A stretch of DNA of 64,000 bases, taken from the NCBI GenBank assembly GCA_943788985.1, contig CALSSJ010000031.1, forward strand, positions 73,261 through 137,260, written 5' to 3'. The position numbers were made by a program, and so were the translations under genes. This DNA comes from an uncultured Lentisphaerales bacterium. Its GTDB lineage: Bacteria > Verrucomicrobiota > Lentisphaeria > JABSQK01 > UBA12247. A model generated the notes under the pieces. That model ran no database searches, was not told the DNA's origin, and saw only the letters and a list, made by a program, of their open reading frames with translations. Below, piece by piece: positions 30,143 to 40,542 of this stretch (position 1 is its first letter; each line of letters begins with the position of its first letter).

Positions 30143-31474
30143 ATGCCAGATCCCACCACGAAGCTCTTCGTCCTGGACACCAACGTCATCCTTCACGACA
30201 GCAGTTGCCTCCACCACTTCCAGGAAAACGACGTCGTCATTCCAATCACCGTCCTCGAGGAGCTTGATCACTTCAAGAAAGGGAATGACATCATCAACTT
30301 CCACGCACGGGACTTCGTGCGTCAACTCGACGCCCTGGCAGACGAGCGACTGTTCGAAGAAGGCGCGAAGATCGGCCCCGGACTAGGCCGCATTCGGATC
30401 CAACTCAACACCGAGTACCGCCAAGAGCTGTCCGAATCCTTCACGGAGAGGAAGCCAGACCACCTCATCTTGAATGTCGCTGTCACACTCTGTCGCGCGC
30501 ATCCAGACAGACAGGTCATCCTAGTCTCCAAAGACGTAAACCTGCGCATGAAGGCCAAGTCTCTTGGCATTCCCGCAGATGACTATCGCAATGATCACGT
30601 CGGTGACATCTCAACCCTCTACCCTGGATACCGCAGAATCGAGAGTATTCACTCGGAGATGATCGCAAAACTCTACGAGGCCCCCAACTGCATTGCCCCA
30701 GGCGAGTTAAGCCTTGAGTCTGAACCACTCCCCAACGAGTATTTTATCCTGCGGAATGGCAAGCATTCCGCACTCTCCCGGATGGACCCCGATTCCGGCA
30801 TGCTACACAAAATCAATCGCAACAACGCCTACGGCATCTTGCCCCGAAACGCCGAGCAGACATTTGCCCTCAATGCCCTTCTCGACCCCAGAATAAAGCT
30901 CGTCACTATTGCCGGAAAAGCTGGAACCGGCAAAACCCTGCTTGCTCTTGCCGCAGCGCTCGAGCAACACGAGAGGTACCGACAAATCCTGCAGGGACGC
31001 CCCATTGTCCCACTCGGAAATCGCGATATCGGCTTCCTCCCCGGTGATGTAAAATCAAAGCTTGATCCCTATATGCAGCCGCTCGCCGATAATCTCGCAG
31101 TCATCCAGAACCAGTTCAAGCACAACAGTGAAATGGATCGCCGCATCAACGAGATGCGCGGTGATGATCGCTTGATGCTCGCCCCTCTCGCCTACATCCG
31201 CGGACGCAGCCTCGTCGGCGTTTACTTTATCGTCGACGAAGCGCAGAACCTGACTCCGCACGAAGTTAAGACCATTATTACAAGGGCTGGAGAGGGCACA
31301 AAAGTTGTCCTTACCGGTGATATTTTTCAGATTGACCATCCCTATCTGGACAGTCACTCAAATGGCTTAACTACCCTCATCGAGCGCATGAAGGGGCAGC
31401 ATCTTTACGCACATGTGAACATGGTCAAAGGCGAACGTTCCGAACTGTCCGAGCTGGCAAGTGATGTACTCTAA
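30143..31474 (+). CDS. phoH: PIN-PhoH protein (PhoH2/YlaK type)
   Basis: VLDTNV PIN start, SKDVNLR, GKAGTGKT, RGRSL, DEAQN, GDIFQID. Confidence 0.92.
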   Translation: MPDPTTKLFVLDTNVILHDSSCLHHFQENDVVIPITVLEELDHFKKGNDIINFHARDFVRQLDALADERLFEEGAKIGPGLGRIRIQLNTEYRQELSESFTERKPDHLILNVAVTLCRAHPDRQVILVSKDVNLRMKAKSLGIPADDYRNDHVGDISTLYPGYRRIESIHSEMIAKLYEAPNCIAPGELSLESEPLPNEYFILRNGKHSALSRMDPDSGMLHKINRNNAYGILPRNAEQTFALNALLDPRIKLVTIAGKAGTGKTLLALAAALEQHERYRQILQGRPIVPLGNRDIGFLPGDVKSKLDPYMQPLADNLAVIQNQFKHNSEMDRRINEMRGDDRLMLAPLAYIRGRSLVGVYFIVDEAQNLTPHEVKTIITRAGEGTKVVLTGDIFQIDHPYLDSHSNGLTTLIERMKGQHLYAHVNMVKGERSELSELASDVL

Positions 31475-31572
31475 TCATTGTACACATCTACAATTCAAAT
31501 TCACAGTTGCGAATACCTGCGAATTGCGGATAGTATCTGACTCCCAGAATCCATTAGATAGGAACACCCAAC

Positions 31573-31836
31573 ATGGCTAAGAAGAAAATCTCGGAGCGTG
31601 GCGCCAAAGTCGCAAGAACTCGCAAAGAACACGCAGAATTTCGCAATCGTCTCGCCGAAATGACTCCGCAGCAGTTGCGTAACTTCTTCAAGGCATTTGA
31701 CGAGAGCGCTTTCGGCCGCATCGAAGCTTCCCTCGCTCGTGTGACCCAAGACCGCGTCGAGGATACAATCTCCTCGAAACTCAAGGAAATTGAGAAGCTT
31801 CAGGCAGAAGTGAGTTCGCTCAAGAGCAACGCCTAA
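31573..31836 (+). CDS. Small basic coiled-coil protein, unknown function
   Basis: AGGA RBS, 87-aa charged helical ORF, followed by a terminator. Confidence 0.8.
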   Translation: MAKKKISERGAKVARTRKEHAEFRNRLAEMTPQQLRNFFKAFDESAFGRIEASLARVTQDRVEDTISSKLKEIEKLQAEVSSLKSNA

Positions 31837-31862
31837 GCAGCCTTAACGGCTTATTCGGCTGG

Positions 31863-31896
31863 AAAAGCGCAGGGCCCTTGGGCTCTGCGCTTTTTT
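31863..31896 (+). terminator. Intrinsic terminator
   Basis: aaaagcgcagggccc-tt-gggctctgcgc-tttttt. Confidence 0.9.
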
Positions 31897-31965
31897 ACAT
31901 CATAGCGCCCTGATAGCAGGCAGCTAACTTTCCCAACACCACCCAGCTAAACTCGGACGGCGCCT

Positions 31966-34485
31966 GTGTCGACAGCCAAAAATCTTCTGTTTGGCTCCAT
32001 TCTGAAGTTCGTGGGCCTTGTGCTCCAGATCGTCATCATCATGGTAATCACGCCCAAGATGATCGAGACACTGGGTGAGGCCGCGTACGGCTTCTGGCTC
32101 ACCGTACTTGCTGTGGCAGGCACCGCCGGCATAGTCGATCTGGGGATATCCCCAGCCGTCACCGCTTCGTCTCCCGCGCCCTAGGCCGCGGCGACCTGAA
32201 AGAAGCAGACCGCACAATTGCGACATCATTCTGCATCTTCAATACCCTAGGACTGTTCGTTCTGCTAGCGCTGTGCGCATTCGCAGCCTATGCCGCCATG
32301 CCCGGAAAGAATCTTAACCTCGTGGGCGATAATCCGCTCTTCCAGCAACTTTTTCCGATCATCATCGCTGCCTTCAGCTTGCAACTGGCAATCAGCTTCC
32401 CAGCAAGAGTCATAACTGCAGTCGCGAAATCACACATGCGGTTCGATATGATCGCCGTCGCGATGATGGCTCGCATCGTCCTCACCTACAGCCTCATTGC
32501 CCACATGCTCTACTTCACTGAGCCCGGCACCCGCTCCATGCTGCTACGCCTTACCGGCTTTTCCTGCGGCGGATTCGTCATCGAGTATATTATTCTGCTC
32601 TATGCTGCCAAGAAGAATCACCCCACGCTGTCCCTCAACCCCTTTACCGCCTACAAGGACGTGTTTAAGAACATCGCCGGATATAGCGCGAAAAGTATTG
32701 CGAGCCGGCTCGGGTTTTATGCATGCTACCGTGTGGATGCTCTTATTGTGGCCGAGAAACTGGATTCATCCGCCGTCACCTATTATTCGATCCCACAGCG
32801 CCTCATCAACTACTTCTTCGACATCATGGGTGCGGTGCTTGGCAACTTCGTCCCAATCTTCAGCCAGTACGAAGGCCGCGGCGAGAACGACCAGTTAACC
32901 CTACGATTCATGCAAGTCATGCGTGTCTCAATCGTCATCACCACATTCGTCGCCGCAAGTATGGCGTTTTACGGTGGTGCATTTATCGAAAGATGGGTCG
33001 GAGATGTCCTTGTAGACCACGAACAATGTCATAATCTTCTGCTGATTCTTGTCTTCCCTGTAGCATTCGACTTAATGCACATCCCAGCGCATGGCGTTTT
33101 TTACGCCTTGAACAAGCACCACATTATGGCCTGGATTTTCGGTGCAAGTGGCTTGGTAAAACTGGTAGTTGCTTGGATTCTCATCGATCAGATCGGCTTG
33201 CCGGGATTAGCTTGGGGGCACGCCATCGCAAACTTGCTCCCGGTCATCGTCATCCCCATCATGGTCTGTCGCTGTATTAGGTACTCACCGATCAAATATT
33301 TTTCCACCATTCTTTTACCCACCTTTGCGAAGACCCTTGCCGTGCTCAGTTGCTTCTTTCTGATTGCTCGCGGTTTCCTTCTTCCCACCTATCTCAACAT
33401 CGGCATTTTGGCTGGAATCCAGTCCGTACTCTTCGCTCCCATCGCTCTCCTCGTCCTACTAGGAAAAGACGAACGTGAGTTGCTCGACACAGCCTTGCGC
33501 AATCGTTTTCGCCTGGTGGAACTCGGCGAACGCTTCGATAAAATTCGGAAGCTCCTGCTCTGGCCGATCGCGCTGTTTGCCTTTCTCGTCGTGACAGGAA
33601 CTGGCGCAGATTATGGCTATTCCTTGTACGCCAAGTCGCGCCTCAAAAAGTTTGAGGCCGCCATCACCAGAGACAGCGGCGGAGTCCGCGAGAGCTGCCG
33701 GGGCCCAGTCGTATCCCGCAGTCGCCGGCTTTGTGGACTCCGCAAAGCCCGCGCTGCTGCTGATCCATGGTTTTGGCGATTCCCCTGATGTTTGGCGTAA
33801 GATCGGCCCAGCCTTGGCCGAGAACGGCTACCATGTCCGGGCCATGAAGCTACCAGGCATGGCGGAAGAGATGAACCAGCACCAGCAGGCGAGCCTGACC
33901 GACTGGCGGGCAGCCGTTCGCACTGAAGTCCAGCGACTGCGCGAGCATGTGGGGGCTGAGCAGATCGTTCTTGTCGGACATTCAACCGGCGGCGCTCTCG
34001 CCGTGGACTTTGTTCAATCTGGTGGCGAGGCTGCCGGTGTCGTCTGCGTCGCTCCTGCATTCGGGGTCTCGAACGTGCGCAGCCCTGTACTCACCTCCGA
34101 GCAATGGTTCACCGTGCTGCGGCCGCTGCTGCGCTCTACCGACATGCTCGTGCGCGCGTTCCCCGTACAACTCAACTGCTCAGACGAGTCCCTGCTGATC
34201 GACGAGGTCATTCCGCTGAGCGCTTTCGACGCCTTCTTTGGCATACTGCGACACAATCGCACACAAGCAAAATCGTTCACCGGCCCAGTACGCTTCATCG
34301 TAGCCTCGCAGGACGAAGTCGTCGATAATCAGGCGGCGCGCGCCTGGTACGACGCGGTCGGTGCCAGCGACAAGGATTGGCATGAACAGCCCAAAAGCGG
34401 ACACGTAATCCCGCTGGATTGCGAGTGGCAGGAGACCGTGGATCTGATCCACGACTTCGCCTCCCGCCGCAACGAGCAGCCATGA
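31966..34485 (+). CDS. Wzx-like oligosaccharide flippase apparently fused to an alpha/beta hydrolase (frameshifts at ~32162 and ~33700)
   Basis: STAKNLL..LGEAAYGFW..DLGIS flippase start. Adding one C gives VTRFVSRALG and joins 32298..33788. Removing one G near 33700 joins LLIHGFGDSP, GHSTGG, DEVVD, SGH. Confidence 0.75.
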
Positions 34486-34559
34486 TTATGTTTGCAGACT
34501 CACTCACTGCGCGTATCGTTGCCCACAGTCACCCCAAAACGACAGCGTAACGTCCACCT

Positions 34560-35417
34560 ATGTCCAAAGTAACAGCCGTCATTCCCTGCTACAACCATGG
34601 CCAATATGTCGATAAGGCAGTCACCAGCATTCGCGCGCAAGGTCTCGATGATATCGAGATTTTCATCGTCGACGACGGCTCCACGGCGCCTGAGACAATT
34701 TCCATCCTCGATGCCTATCCCAGCGAAAAGGCCACTGTCCTGCGCAAGCAGAACGGCCACCTTTCCTCCGCGCGAAACTACGGCGCCGAGCGTGCCACCG
34801 GCGAGTACATCTTGGGCCTCGACGCAGACGATTTCTATGCGCCCACCTTTCTCAAGCAAGCCGTGGAGATTCTCGACACCCGGCCAGAAGTAGGTGCCGT
34901 CACCTCCTTCACCCAAAACTTTGGGATCCGTACCGACCGCCACGAACGCAAAAAGGGCGGCACCGTCACCGACTTCCTGACTGCCAACCCCTGCAACGCC
35001 AGCTGCCTCTACCGCAAAGCCTGCTGGGAGGACGCTGGCGGGTTTGACGAGACCATGAAGGAAGGCTACGAGGACTGGAATTTTTGGCTTGCGGTCACAA
35101 CAAAGGGCTGGGCGATCCACAGCATTCCTGACTATCTCCTCCATTATTATGTGGCCGCGCAGAGCATGGTCGTTGACTCCGACAAAAAGCGCCCGGCCCT
35201 CATGAAGCGGCTGGTCGAGAACAATCCAGAAGCCTATCGCAATCATATGGCCCAAGTCGTCTACGACGAAGAACGGAAGATTCAGGACCTGGAGCAGCGC
35301 CTGAACGAAGTGCGTGGCTCGCTCGCCTACCGCGTCGGCCGCTGCCTCACGCAACCGGGGACAGTCTTGAGCGGCATCGCTCGACGCCTGAGGAATCGCT
35401 CAGAGAACCGAGATTAG
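34560..35417 (+). CDS. Glycosyltransferase family 2
   Basis: VIPCYN, VDDGST, SARNYG, LDADD, GYEDW. Confidence 0.93.
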   Translation: MSKVTAVIPCYNHGQYVDKAVTSIRAQGLDDIEIFIVDDGSTAPETISILDAYPSEKATVLRKQNGHLSSARNYGAERATGEYILGLDADDFYAPTFLKQAVEILDTRPEVGAVTSFTQNFGIRTDRHERKKGGTVTDFLTANPCNASCLYRKACWEDAGGFDETMKEGYEDWNFWLAVTTKGWAIHSIPDYLLHYYVAAQSMVVDSDKKRPALMKRLVENNPEAYRNHMAQVVYDEERKIQDLEQRLNEVRGSLAYRVGRCLTQPGTVLSGIARRLRNRSENRD

Positions 35418-35433
35418 CCGTAAAGTTCAATTT

Positions 35434-36408
35434 ATGTACTCTCTCACCGCCATTCTGCACGCGACCGATCGCAGCGCGGACTCACTTCGCCTCGAGGAGC
35501 GTGAGATACCGACTCCCGGACCAGACGAAGTTCTGGTTCGCCTCGGCTACTCCCCCGTCAACCCAGCGGATCTAAACGTCCTCAGCGGGACCTATGGCGA
35601 GCGGCTCGAGTTGCCCGGCGTCCCGGGAAACGAAGGAGCCGGGGTCGTGCGCGCACTTGGCTCGGCAGTCACTAGCTGCGAGGAAGGCGATGTCGTGATC
35701 GCACCGCGCTGTGCCGGGTTCTGGCAGCAGTACCGCTGCTTCCCTGCCGCAGAGTTGGTCGTCGTCCCACCAGGTATCTCCGAGCGTGATGCAGCAATCT
35801 TGAGCGTGAATCCAGCCACAGCCTGGTTGATGTTGCGCGAGTTTGTCCCGTTGAAGGCCGGAGACTGGATCGTGCAGAATGCCGCGAATTCCGCAGTCGG
35901 GCAATGGGTTGCGCAATTCGCAAAGGCTCGTGGCCTGCATACCGCAAACGTGGTCCGCAGCCAGGCCGCAGTTGACTTGCTCCTGGAACTTGGTGCCGAT
36001 TGCTGTGTGCTGGATGTGACGAACTTCGCAAACCAACTCAGGCAGGCGATCACCGGCCCATGCCCCCTAGCTTTGAACGGTGTGGGCGGCGAGAATGCCC
36101 GGCAGCTCACCCGCGCACTTCAAACCCGCGGCACGCTCGTTACTTATGGTGCAATGAGTCGGGAGAACCTCTCGGTAGGCGGTGGACAGCTGATTTTCAA
36201 GGACCTCCGCTTTGTCGGCTTCTGGGTTTCCGCGTGGCTGCGCCAGGCGTCCGCTGTGGCACTGCAGAGCCTTTTTGCGGAAATCGCACACACGATTCTC
36301 GCCGAGAATCTGCGATTTCCGCAGTCCAAGCTATTCCCCCTCACGGCGCTTGCTGATGCGATCTCCGCAAGCGAGGCAGGCGGGACCAAGGTACTCTTGG
36401 AGTTGTGA
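35434..36408 (+). CDS. 2-enoyl thioester reductase (MDR family, MECR/Etr1-like)
   Basis: SPVNPADL, PGNEG, VNPATAWLML, QNAANSAVG, TYGAMS, LIFKD..GFW. Confidence 0.85.
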   Translation: MYSLTAILHATDRSADSLRLEEREIPTPGPDEVLVRLGYSPVNPADLNVLSGTYGERLELPGVPGNEGAGVVRALGSAVTSCEEGDVVIAPRCAGFWQQYRCFPAAELVVVPPGISERDAAILSVNPATAWLMLREFVPLKAGDWIVQNAANSAVGQWVAQFAKARGLHTANVVRSQAAVDLLLELGADCCVLDVTNFANQLRQAITGPCPLALNGVGGENARQLTRALQTRGTLVTYGAMSRENLSVGGGQLIFKDLRFVGFWVSAWLRQASAVALQSLFAEIAHTILAENLRFPQSKLFPLTALADAISASEAGGTKVLLEL

Positions 36409-37544
36409 GCGCCTGGCGCACGCACCACAGCATCTCCGAGATTGGACGTGAGCCGTGGCAGCGCCTTGAGGTGCCGAACTTTCCGTTTGCGGACTTCGCA
36501 TTTCTCGAGACACTGGAGACCTCCGGCTCCGTAGGCCCTGGCACCGGCTGGCAGCCGCTCTACCTGGCGCATTACGAGGGCGAGTTGTTGCAGGCAGCCG
36601 CCATTCTGTATCTGAAAACTGACAGCTACGGCGAGTACATCTTCGACTGGGCCTGGGCAAATGCATACGCACGCAATGGCTGCGATTATTACCCAAAGTT
36701 GGTCAGCGCCATTCCCTTTACCCCCGCCACCGGCCCCAAGCTCCTGGTTGCGAACTCCGCACCACCAAAGCTACGAGCGGAGCTCATCGAAAGGCTGGCT
36801 TGCGAACTCCGCAACCGTGATCTTTCATCGCTGCATGCCCTGTTCGTAAATGACCAGGAATGCACCCTTTACCAAGATGCAGGCTTCCTGATTCGCGCGA
36901 GCTGTCAGTTTCACTGGCAGGACCGCGGCTACAAATCGTTCAACGAGTTCCTGGCAACGCTGCGCCAGAAAAAGCGTAAGGAGGTCCGGCGTGAGCGACG
37001 CATTGTCTCAGAGCACGGCCTTGAGATTCAGACACTCACAGGCGAGGCGATCAGGCCAGAGCACATGGCTGCCATGTACCGCTTCTATCGGGACACGACG
37101 GATCGCAAGCGTGGCAGCGCCTATCTGACTGCGGAATTCTTTGCGAACATCGCAACGCAGATGCCGAATCAAGTGGTTTTGCATCTGGCTCGAGAGGCTG
37201 ATGGCTGGGTCGCTGGCGCGCTTGGCTTTCGCAAGGGGAATGCCCTGTTCGGTCGGCACTGGGGAGCTACGGCACACTATCCTTGTCTACACTTTGAGCT
37301 GTGCTACTACCAGGGAATCGACTTCGCTATTGAGCACGGCCTCCAACTTTTCGAAGCCGGAGCACAGGGCGCGCATAAGATCCAGCGGGGATTCTCACCG
37401 GTGATTACTCGGAGTGCTCACTTGATCGCGGATCCTCGTTTTGCCGGGGCAATCGCGGCCTTCATTGAGGACGAAGACGCCTGCATCGTCCATGAGTTAG
37501 ACGAGCACCAGGACGCCTATCGAGCGACCGACAGCTCGCGCTAA
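36405..37544 (+). CDS. FemAB-like GNAT protein (DUF482 family)
   Basis: SYGEYIFDWAWA, YYPKLVSAIPFTP, LHFELCYYQGI, FEAGAQG. Confidence 0.9.
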   Translation: MSAWRTHHSISEIGREPWQRLEVPNFPFADFAFLETLETSGSVGPGTGWQPLYLAHYEGELLQAAAILYLKTDSYGEYIFDWAWANAYARNGCDYYPKLVSAIPFTPATGPKLLVANSAPPKLRAELIERLACELRNRDLSSLHALFVNDQECTLYQDAGFLIRASCQFHWQDRGYKSFNEFLATLRQKKRKEVRRERRIVSEHGLEIQTLTGEAIRPEHMAAMYRFYRDTTDRKRGSAYLTAEFFANIATQMPNQVVLHLAREADGWVAGALGFRKGNALFGRHWGATAHYPCLHFELCYYQGIDFAIEHGLQLFEAGAQGAHKIQRGFSPVITRSAHLIADPRFAGAIAAFIEDEDACIVHELDEHQDAYRATDSSR

Positions 37545-37680
37545 ACCGATTGCGGCGAGAGCCGAAACAGAGATGCATCCGAAATCGTAAGACCTGCCCG
37601 AAACTAGGCGAGATCTGGCGCTAATTTTTTGGCACGAATCCTGCGCACTCACTGGCGCAGACAGTGTTCAGGAGAACTAA

Positions 37681-38382
37681 ATGAAATTGATCGAATGGCT
37701 GCTTCCACCACCACGCTGGCGTATTCCAGTGGTGATTGTGCTTGGCGCACTTAGTGGCCTTATTCTGTATACGGCATACGTTTCTCGGGCCACATCATAC
37801 CAATCAGACTCGCCAACTACCTGCGTGAACTGGCACGTGGTCGCACCGCAGTATGCGACCTGGAGCCACAGGGCGCATCGTGAAGACACCGCAGATCTGG
37901 TTCAGGATGTCGTGGACCGGCAGGACAAGATCATTCAAAGCCGCGACAAGCTCGAAGAACTGTTGGTGCACGCCCATGTGGAAGCAAATAGGGCCTGCGA
38001 CCTCGATGCCACCGAAGCGCAGATCAGGGACATTCTGCAGGATATCCGTCATGCCCTGTGGCGCTGCGACTATGCTGCCGCGAGCCAGGGCGGCTCATTC
38101 CACTCGCCTGTGGAGATTGGGCGCGTCATCTCGGCCGGACTTCCGATTGTGGCGGACGCACGCCTTGAGCTTGCCCGGCTTCTTGCTGAGTTGGGTCACA
38201 GTGAGCCGGTTCCATATCCAGACATCTCGACTAAGAAAAAGGCACAGGCCTTTATCCGGCTGGATGTCGCCAAGCTTAAGGCCCAGAAGGCGGCTTTCAA
38301 GAAGAATCTGTTGCCCACCTAGAACGAGCAAGCGAAGGTGCGCGAAGCAAAATACGACACAGCAGGTCCCCTCCAGAAATAG
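37681..38382 (+). pseudogene. nrfH(5')::nrfA(3') chimeric remnant of the cytochrome c nitrite reductase operon
   Basis: The first ~68 aa resemble NrfH (TM, broken heme motif CVNWH). The rest resembles the NrfA C-terminus (AHVEA, IRHALWRCDY, SFHSP, PDISTK). In-frame TAG at 38320, with the frame continuing to 38382. Confidence 0.8.
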
Positions 38383-38411
38383 CGGCTCGTTCGTAGCAAA
38401 GGAAACTCTGT

Positions 38412-39287
38412 ATGGCTTTATCGACTGATGGAACACGAAAAATTTTTACTGCCAAAGACTTGCTGCAGGCCAAGAAGCGCAATGATCTCCTGAAAATCGC
38501 AGAGGATAAAGGACATCACCTCAAGAAACAGAGGCGCAACCTTCGTTACGAAGATGAGCTGTATTTGCTTCAGGCTCAGATGGTCAATCTGCAACAGTGG
38601 ATCGCCAAGCACAAGATGCGGGTTGCCATCCTGTTTGAAGGCAGGGATGCTGCTGGAAAGGGCGGGTCGATCAAGCGCTTCGCCGAGCATCTGAACCCGC
38701 GGTCGATGCGAGTGGTGGCCCTCACCAAGCCGACAGACATGGAGTCCGGGCAATGGTATTTTCGCCGCTACGTGAAGGTGCTGCCGAATCCTGGCGAGAT
38801 GGTGTTCTACGATCGCAGTTGGTACAACCGTGCGGTCGTCGAACCCGTGATGGGCTTTTGCGACCGGCGACAGCATGAGCGCTTCATGGTCCAGGTGCCA
38901 GAGTTCGAGCACATGCTGTATGAAGATGGAATCTGCATCATCAAGTTTTGGTTTTCAATCTCGCGCGAAGAACAGGAGCGACGGTTTGCTAGCCGCCTGC
39001 AGAACCCCCTGAAGGTCTGGAAGTACAGCCCAGTTGATCGCAAAGGCCAGGAACTGTGGGATCGCTACTCGTTCTATAAGGAGCAAATGTTCTCCCGCAC
39101 GCACACACCCTTCTGCCCATGGACGATCGTGAGGGCCAACGACAAGCGAACGGCCCGGTTGGAAAGTATGCGCTATGTGCTCTCGCTGTTTAACTACACC
39201 GGAAAGACCCGTGCCAAGTGTTCGCTCGCGCCCGATCCCAACATCGTCGTGCGCTATTTCCGAGACATCGACCAGTCGGACCTTTAA
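38412..39287 (+). CDS. ppk2: Polyphosphate kinase 2
   Basis: FEGRDAAGKGG, WYFRRY, DRSWYNR. Confidence 0.95.
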   Translation: MALSTDGTRKIFTAKDLLQAKKRNDLLKIAEDKGHHLKKQRRNLRYEDELYLLQAQMVNLQQWIAKHKMRVAILFEGRDAAGKGGSIKRFAEHLNPRSMRVVALTKPTDMESGQWYFRRYVKVLPNPGEMVFYDRSWYNRAVVEPVMGFCDRRQHERFMVQVPEFEHMLYEDGICIIKFWFSISREEQERRFASRLQNPLKVWKYSPVDRKGQELWDRYSFYKEQMFSRTHTPFCPWTIVRANDKRTARLESMRYVLSLFNYTGKTRAKCSLAPDPNIVVRYFRDIDQSDL

Positions 39288-39289
39288 TC

Positions 39290-40090
39290 ATGCCTAGCTC
39301 AAGGACACTCACCGATGATGACGTCGCTGTTCTGAACACAGCGACCGGTCTAAAAATGCTGCTGGCAGAGCCAAAAATAGATCTGGAGCGGGCTCTGCGC
39401 TTGACCAGATACGAGCTCGAACTTCGCGCCATGCAGGCCCAGCTTGTTACGATGCAGGAGTGGATTATTCGCGAGGGTAAGCGCGTTGTCATCCTGTTTG
39501 AAGGGCGAGATGCTGCCGGAAAAGGTGGTGCAATTCGACGGATTGCCGCGCATATCAACCCGCGACACTACCGGATTGTCGCGCTGGATAAGCCTACCGC
39601 GGAGGAACGCGGCCAGTGGTACTTCCAACGCTACGTAAACCAACTGCCAAAACCCGGCGAGATCGTGTTTTTTGATCGGAGTTGGTATAACCGGGCCGTC
39701 GTCGAACCCGTGAATGGCTTCTGCAGCGATTCCGAGTATGTCACCTTTATGACCCAGGTAAATGGCTTTGAGAAGATGATCGTGGACTCAGGCACTGCTT
39801 TGATCAAGATCTATTTCTCGATCTCCCAAGAGCAGCAAGCGGTCCGCTTTAAAGCGATTAAGCGCGATCCTCGTAAACGCTGGAAAATGACCCCGGTCGA
39901 CGAGCGCGCCCAAGAGCTTTGGCATGAATACACGCACTATAAAGAGGCGATGTTCGAGGAGACCGATACGGGGGTATGCCCGTGGATCGTGCTGGATGCA
40001 AATCGTAAGAGCGACGCGCGCTTAGAAGCCATCCGGCTTCTCCTATCTGCCATCCCGTATCAGCACGACGAACCAGAAGCGGCTCAGTAG
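39290..40090 (+). CDS. ppk2: Polyphosphate kinase 2, second copy
   Basis: FEGRDAAGKGG, WYFQRY, FDRSWYNR; ATG 2 bp after the first copy's stop. Confidence 0.95.
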   Translation: MPSSRTLTDDDVAVLNTATGLKMLLAEPKIDLERALRLTRYELELRAMQAQLVTMQEWIIREGKRVVILFEGRDAAGKGGAIRRIAAHINPRHYRIVALDKPTAEERGQWYFQRYVNQLPKPGEIVFFDRSWYNRAVVEPVNGFCSDSEYVTFMTQVNGFEKMIVDSGTALIKIYFSISQEQQAVRFKAIKRDPRKRWKMTPVDERAQELWHEYTHYKEAMFEETDTGVCPWIVLDANRKSDARLEAIRLLLSAIPYQHDEPEAAQ

Positions 40091-40482
40091 CAGCACACCG
40101 AGGTCGCACTGCTGGATGACGCGCCACGTGTCGGGGGACGGCGACGAATGACGACACTCGAATTAGTCATCGTCTCAAACCAGACCGTTGCTGCATTGCG
40201 GCATAGTGTGAAGCGCTCTCCAGGCATGATCACTGTCGGGCGCTTGACGCGATCACCGTCAATGAAAACGCCGTTCGACGAGCCCGCGTCGCTCAGGATT
40301 ACAGATTTCCCTTCCTGGCGCAACTCGGCGTGAAACCGCGAAATTCCGTCTTCGCAAACGACCAGTTCGTTTGCCGCTTCCCGGCCGATTCGACATGGCC
40401 CCTGGGACAGATCCCAGACTAACGGCGTAGCTCCTTTCGGGACTATTCGAATAAACACTGGCAGCTCTCCGGCGGTTGACAC
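40084..40482 (-). CDS. FHA domain protein
   Basis: IGR...ISRFHA...DAGSSNGVF. Confidence 0.85.
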   Translation of the reverse strand: MSTAGELPVFIRIVPKGATPLVWDLSQGPCRIGREAANELVVCEDGISRFHAELRQEGKSVILSDAGSSNGVFIDGDRVKRPTVIMPGERFTLCRNAATVWFETMTNSSVVIRRRPPTRGASSSSATSVCCY

Positions 40483-40542
40483 ACATTACGTCCGTTACCA
40501 AAATTACGCTGCCTTTGGCAGGATTCAACCAGGAGACAGAAT

